This document shows, piece after piece, positions 59,753 through 64,000 of a stretch of DNA of 64,000 bases (positions are counted from its first letter, which is position 1; each line of letters begins with the position of its first letter). The notes under the pieces are model-generated. The model was not told where the DNA came from. It saw nothing but the letters and a program-made list of their open reading frames with translations, and ran no database searches. Location: positions 1,216,001-1,280,000 of the forward strand of contig CBDFMQ010000002.1 of NCBI GenBank assembly GCA_965249725.1. The letters are read 5' to 3'. The DNA comes from Longimicrobiales bacterium (GTDB lineage Bacteria; Gemmatimonadota; Gemmatimonadetes; Longimicrobiales; Gaopeijiaceae). A program made the position numbers and the translations under genes.

Positions 59753-60697
59753 ATGTCGGACCCCCTGCCCTATAGCGAACTCGAACGTAGGCTCGGCACC
59801 GGACGGCTCGAGGTCGATCAGCCGCTGGCCCCGCTGACCACGTTTCAGATCGGCGGCCCTGCCGATCGCTTGTTTCGTGCCCGTACGGCGGACGACCTAG
59901 CCGAGTCGGTCCTGGCGGTGCGCGAATTGGGAATCCCTCACTTTCTGCTGGGCAAGGGAGCCAATGTACTCGTCGGTGACCGTGGATTCCGGGGCGTGGT
60001 CATCCGAGGCGAGGTGGGCGGCGTGGACTTCATCGAGCCGGATCTCGTGAGGGCCGGCTCCGGCGTCGAGACCTATCCCGACCTCATCGAAGCTACTGTC
60101 GCACGAGGGCTGGCCGGCCTCCATCACTACGTCGGGATTCCGAGCACCGTGGGAGGAGCGATTTGGCAGAATCTGCACTTCCTCTCTCCGGCCCCTGAGC
60201 GGGAACGCACGATGTTCATCGAGGAAATCGTCGAGGCGTCGGACATCCTCTCCCAAGAGGGCGAGAGGCATACGGTGACCCGGGACTACTTCGAATTCGG
60301 ATACGACCACAGCATTCTCCACGACCGAGACGACGTGGTCCTTTCCGTCGACTTTCGCCTCTCGCCTGCACCGGAAGGGGATCTCCGACGGGTCATGCGA
60401 GAGAATCTCGAATGGCGAAGCACTCGTCATCCGGACCTGCTTACGCATCCCAGCGCCGGGTCCATCTTCCAGAAGATCGAGGGGATCGGGGCGGGACGAC
60501 TCGTCGATCAATGCGGGCTGAAGGGCCACGTCCATGGTGGCGCCCAGATCTTCACCGAGCACGCCAACATCATTGTGAACCTGGGAGGGGCCACGGCGGC
60601 CGACGTGCGCGCACTCATCGACCTGGCTCGAGAGACCGTCTCCCGGGAGCATGGCTATGACCTCGTGCCGGAGATCACTTTCGTGGGGGAATTCTAG
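59753..60697 (+). CDS. murB: UDP-N-acetylmuramate dehydrogenase (MurB)-like flavoprotein
   Basis: TTFQIGGPA, LGKGANVL, GIPSTVGGA, PSAGSIF, HANIIVN, LVPE. Some active-site positions diverge. Confidence 0.82.
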   Translation: MSDPLPYSELERRLGTGRLEVDQPLAPLTTFQIGGPADRLFRARTADDLAESVLAVRELGIPHFLLGKGANVLVGDRGFRGVVIRGEVGGVDFIEPDLVRAGSGVETYPDLIEATVARGLAGLHHYVGIPSTVGGAIWQNLHFLSPAPERERTMFIEEIVEASDILSQEGERHTVTRDYFEFGYDHSILHDRDDVVLSVDFRLSPAPEGDLRRVMRENLEWRSTRHPDLLTHPSAGSIFQKIEGIGAGRLVDQCGLKGHVHGGAQIFTEHANIIVNLGGATAADVRALIDLARETVSREHGYDLVPEITFVGEF

Positions 60698-60708
60698 AGA
60701 GCCCTGAC

Positions 60709-61389
60709 CTAGCCGGGCCGGCGAGCCTGTCCCGCGAGCTCCTGAAGGAGATCGGTATCCAGGTCGTGCCCGCCTGCGTGTGTCATCGTTCGGAACGGTA
60801 TGTCCATCTCGAGCAGCCGCGCCTCTTGTCTGTCGTGGGCCACCTCCGAGACGTGGTGATCGGACAAGCCGCGAGCCAGAACCAGGTCGATGTCGGCCAG
60901 TCGGGCCGGGGCCCGCTCGAGGTCCAGGTCGTCGGGCGGATACGCACCCCAACAGATCAGGGTTCGTACCGGCATCTGTCCCGCGACCACCCAACGGCAG
61001 GCCGTGTGCACACCCTGAGAAAACCCCAGGACGACAAGGCTCTCGAGGACCCCACCCACCTCGGTCTGCACCTCGCCGAGGACCGCATCGAGATACCTCA
61101 CGTAGTCGTGGATTTCGTTCAGTCGGTCCTCCCGGGTCATCCATGTTGCACCGACCGGGTCGCCGGGACCGTGTCGTCGCGTCCCGTCGTCCAAGTAGAA
61201 GCGCGACAGGGCCTCGGGGGCCACGATGAGGCGAGTCCCGTCGTCGAGAGCGCGGAACCGCCGTACGAAGCGACTAGCTAGCTGACGATATCCGTGGCAG
61301 ACGAACCATACCTGCCGTGTATCTGGACCGGCCGTGCCCAGAGTGAAGTAGCGAGCGGTCTTGGCGACCTCGATGTGGCGCTCCTCCAC
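60709..61389 (-). CDS. Alpha/beta hydrolase (phospholipase/carboxylesterase)
   Basis: HGY, APEALSRFY, GFSQG nucleophile elbow, GGH. Confidence 0.9.
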   Translation of the reverse strand: MEERHIEVAKTARYFTLGTAGPDTRQVWFVCHGYRQLASRFVRRFRALDDGTRLIVAPEALSRFYLDDGTRRHGPGDPVGATWMTREDRLNEIHDYVRYLDAVLGEVQTEVGGVLESLVVLGFSQGVHTACRWVVAGQMPVRTLICWGAYPPDDLDLERAPARLADIDLVLARGLSDHHVSEVAHDRQEARLLEMDIPFRTMTHAGGHDLDTDLLQELAGQARRPG

Positions 61390-61395
61390 GTCGAC

Positions 61396-61764
61396 TCAGA
61401 TCCCGAACCACAGGAAGACGGTGTAGCGTAGGAATCCCACATGGGAGAGCAGGAAGAGCACTAATACAGCCCGCCGCCACCTACCTCGCTCAACTTTGAA
61501 ATTCTTGAGAGTGAGGCCGATCGGCAGGAGCAAGAGCCATCCGATGTAGGGGAGAAAATGGCCGGCCAGCGTTGGCAGGGTGTCTAGAAACACGGACGGA
61601 TTCGCGGCCCGTCCCAGTCCTCGGAGGAGTGTCCGCAGACCCAGTGGCAAAAGCACGCAGTACTCCGGAATGACGAAGAGGGCGTTCACGAAGAACAGCA
61701 TGCCCTCTCGAGTCTCGATCCAGGGTTCCTTGGAGATTTGTAGCCGTTCGGCAGAAGAAGACAT
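61396..61764 (-). CDS. Hypothetical small membrane protein
   Basis: Three hydrophobic segments; ends 6 nt before the hydrolase start. Confidence 0.55.
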   Translation of the reverse strand: MSSSAERLQISKEPWIETREGMLFFVNALFVIPEYCVLLPLGLRTLLRGLGRAANPSVFLDTLPTLAGHFLPYIGWLLLLPIGLTLKNFKVERGRWRRAVLVLFLLSHVGFLRYTVFLWFGI

Positions 61765-61825
61765 GGAACCGTATGCGGCTTTCGGTCGTCATATGGTGTG
61801 GGGCCCCCGCAGTCCCATGACGGAC

Positions 61826-61956
61826 GGTACGCCGAGGGTACGCCGAGGGTACGCCGAGGGTACGCCGAGGGTACGCCGAGGGTACGCCGAGGGTACGCCG
61901 AGGGTACGCCGAGGGTACGCCGAGGGTACGCCGAGGGTACGCCGAGGGTACGCCGA
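61826..61956. repeat. 11-bp perfect tandem repeat x12 (intergenic)
   Basis: Unit GGTACGCCGAG, with no spacers. Confidence 0.97.
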
Positions 61957-62084
61957 AAGGTGTCAGCGCCCGCTCGGGCCGGCAACCGTCAGCGTCATCG
62001 GCGGAGGCTCTGCGGATCCTTTGCTCCACCGCGAGGTCAGGCTATGCTGAACATCATACGAAGAACCGCCTGAAAGTGACGGGA

Positions 62085-64000
62085 ATGAGCCCAACACCAG
62101 CCGCCACCGCTATCCTCTGCGTCGGATTGCTCATCACGCCCGGCTCGGGCCGCGGACAGGTGCCGGATTCCCTCGCGCAAGAGTCGGACTCCCTGGCACA
62201 GACGTCCGAGTCCGGAGAGAACCCCTTCGAGGGTTTCGAAACCCACTTTCTCGCCAACGGGCTCAAAGTCTGGTTCAAGCGTCTACCCGACGCCCCCAAT
62301 GTCTCCGTCAGCGTCACGGTCCCGTACGGATCTCACTCGGACCCGCGCGGCAAGGAGGGTCTGGCCCACTTCACGGAGCATATGCTCTTCTCCAACCACC
62401 GGGGTCGATCAGAGCAAGAGGTCAAGGACGCCATCGAGAGCCTTGGTGGGCGGCGCAATGGCTTCACGACGGCGGACCACACGTGGTACTACACCACGAT
62501 CGACAAGCAGCACGGGCTATTCGCCATCGAGTGGCTCTCCCGTATCGTCTCTCCCCACGCGATGGAACCGGAGGTGGTCGAGAGGAATCGACAGCCCATC
62601 GCCATCGAGACGAATGCGCGACCCCGCGAGGTATACGAGCGTGTCTGGGCCTTCCTGAATCCATCGCTTCTGATGCCGCCGGACTTCTGGCAACGAGAGT
62701 TCAGGATGGACACCCGGGGCCTGCGGCCACTGGACCGTTGGAGCACGCTCCACCGGATCACATCAGAGGACCTGCGTGGCTTCTACGAGACGTACTATGT
62801 GCCGGCAGCCCTGACGCTGACGATCGTCGGCGACCTCGACCGTGACGAAGCGATCGCGATGGCCGAGAGCACGTTCGGTACTCTCGAGCGAAGAGCCGTG
62901 CCTCCGCGAGGGATGGAGATCGAGGATCCGAACCGTACGAGAGCCACTTATGTGTGGGGGTTCCCGTCCAACGTGCGCTATACGGCTCGGTTCAAGTTCC
63001 TCCACCCGAGTGCAGAAGACGAGCTCATGATCCTCTTCACGAGGGATCTGCTCAATCGGCGGCTGAACCAACGCTTGCGGTACGGTGAGCAGAAGGCCGT
63101 CTATAGTCTCCAGGTCGCCTCGTCGAAGCGAGGGCCTGCAGCCTTCCTCCAGGTGAGGGGCTCGATCGACCCCGACGAGTACGACTTCGCGCTCGGAGTC
63201 ATCGAGGAGGAACTTCAGTCGCTCCGGACCGGCACGTTGGATCCGGTCGCTTTCGAGGCGGACCGGACCGCCGTGATCGAGCGCCTCCGGAGCGGAAACC
63301 AGACTGCGGAGGCTCTGAATTTCTGGGTGTATCGGAACTTCTACGATCCGGACACGTACTCGGACTTTCCGAATGTATTGGGATTCTACGAGGGCGTGAG
63401 CCAGGAGCAGGTAGCTTCGTTCACCGATCGCAACCTCGTTGCCGAGCGTGAGGTCCTGTCGATCCTGCGCATCCATCCGATCAGCCAGGAGCTCATGGTG
63501 CTGGCTGTCCTGGCGTTGGTGTGGGGTGCCATCCGGGTAGTGGGATGGGGCCTCACAAGCTCCGTCACCATGAGTGACATTCGGTATGTGGCCCGCTTTC
63601 GAGTGCCCATCGTCTTCAGGATCGTGGCGTTCTTGGTCCTCGGTGGAGTCGGGCTGGTCGTGGCTCGCGTGACCTTCTTCGGCCTCCAATGGATCACGCT
63701 CGCCTATGTGGCTACGGTGGACGACTACACCATCCAGATGGGGAGCTATGCCCTCATGCTCGTCTCAGTGTTGGCGCTGTTCCTGGTGTATCTGTCCCGT
63801 CTTCCGCGAAAACTCCTGATCTTCCCAGACCACGTGCGCGTGAAGTCGCTGGCCTATCGCTCTCGGATCTTCAAGCCTGAGGACCTGCAGGAGATCTCAC
63901 TGCGCCGGTTCCACCGGGTCTGGCTCAGCAAGGACCTCTTCCGGTGCTTCCCGATGGCCCTTGGCTTGGTGCGACCCGGTATCTACCTGCGGCCCGCCAA
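62085..64000 (+). CDS. M16-family (insulinase-like) zinc peptidase with C-terminal TM helices (partial, runs off the window)
   Basis: Manual translation: signal-like N-terminus, LANGLKV, GLAHFTEHMLF (HxxEH), RNGFTT.DHT.Y, FYETYYVP. The frame appears to stay open to 64000 and includes 3 hydrophobic helices after about 63490. Confidence 0.88.
   Translation, partial: MSPTPAATAILCVGLLITPGSGRGQVPDSLAQESDSLAQTSESGENPFEGFETHFLANGLKVWFKRLPDAPNVSVSVTVPYGSHSDPRGKEGLAHFTEHMLFSNHRGRSEQEVKDAIESLGGRRNGFTTADHTWYYTTIDKQHGLFAIEWLSRIVSPHAMEPEVVERNRQPIAIETNARPREVYERVWAFLNPSLLMPPDFWQREFRMDTRGLRPLDRWSTLHRITSEDLRGFYETYYVPAALTLTIVGDLDRDEAIAMAESTFGTLERRAVPPRGMEIEDPNRTRATYVWGFPSNVRYTARFKFLHPSAEDELMILFTRDLLNRRLNQRLRYGEQKAVYSLQVASSKRGPAAFLQVRGSIDPDEYDFALGVIEEELQSLRTGTLDPVAFEADRTAVIERLRSGNQTAEALNFWVYRNFYDPDTYSDFPNVLGFYEGVSQEQVASFTDRNLVAEREVLSILRIHPISQELMVLAVLALVWGAIRVVGWGLTSSVTMSDIRYVARFRVPIVFRIVAFLVLGGVGLVVARVTFFGLQWITLAYVATVDDYTIQMGSYALMLVSVLALFLVYLSRLPRKLLIFPDHVRVKSLAYRSRIFKPEDLQEISLRRFHRVWLSKDLFRCFPMALGLVRPGIYLRPA

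Noticed and set aside
61826..61956. Possible CRISPR array
   Set aside because: The 11-bp units are contiguous with no spacers, and there are no cas genes.

Overview
A GC-rich bacterial chromosome segment made mostly of core genes. Gene content and protein families (PD40/TolB-repeat Ser/Thr kinase, ECF-HEAT operon, PilB-REC fusion) suggest Gemmatimonadota or a relative, which is an inference. The minus strand carries long housekeeping runs: secDF-tatD-mutL-miaA-bshA-uppP-birA-coaX; groESL with a perfect CIRCE; thrS; infC-rpmI-rplT-pheST-zapB/zapA-rny-folD-xseAB-ispA-dxs-nadK-recN; and tRNA-Gly/tRNA-Cys. I found no phage, transposase, integrase or CRISPR array. The most notable observations are: (1) a TolC-adaptor-2xABC-ATPase exporter with no permease, linked to a kinase/bEBP pair, a candidate sigma-54 promoter and candidate shared operators; (2) an orphan PilB/GspE ATPase with an acidic N-tail and C-terminal receiver, coupled to a REC-GGDEF cyclase; (3) an M16 peptidase fused to membrane helices and a PH-like tail; (4) a roughly 4-kb accessory block splitting thrS from infC, with a squalene-synthase remnant; (5) an L20-leader-like attenuator and an AUC start for infC; (6) two repeats antisense to the tRNA-Cys T-arm; (7) a MurB-like enzyme lacking the catalytic Arg; (8) two perfect tandem repeats and a frameshifted M28 peptidase. 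All calls come from reading motifs by eye, and no database search was run.
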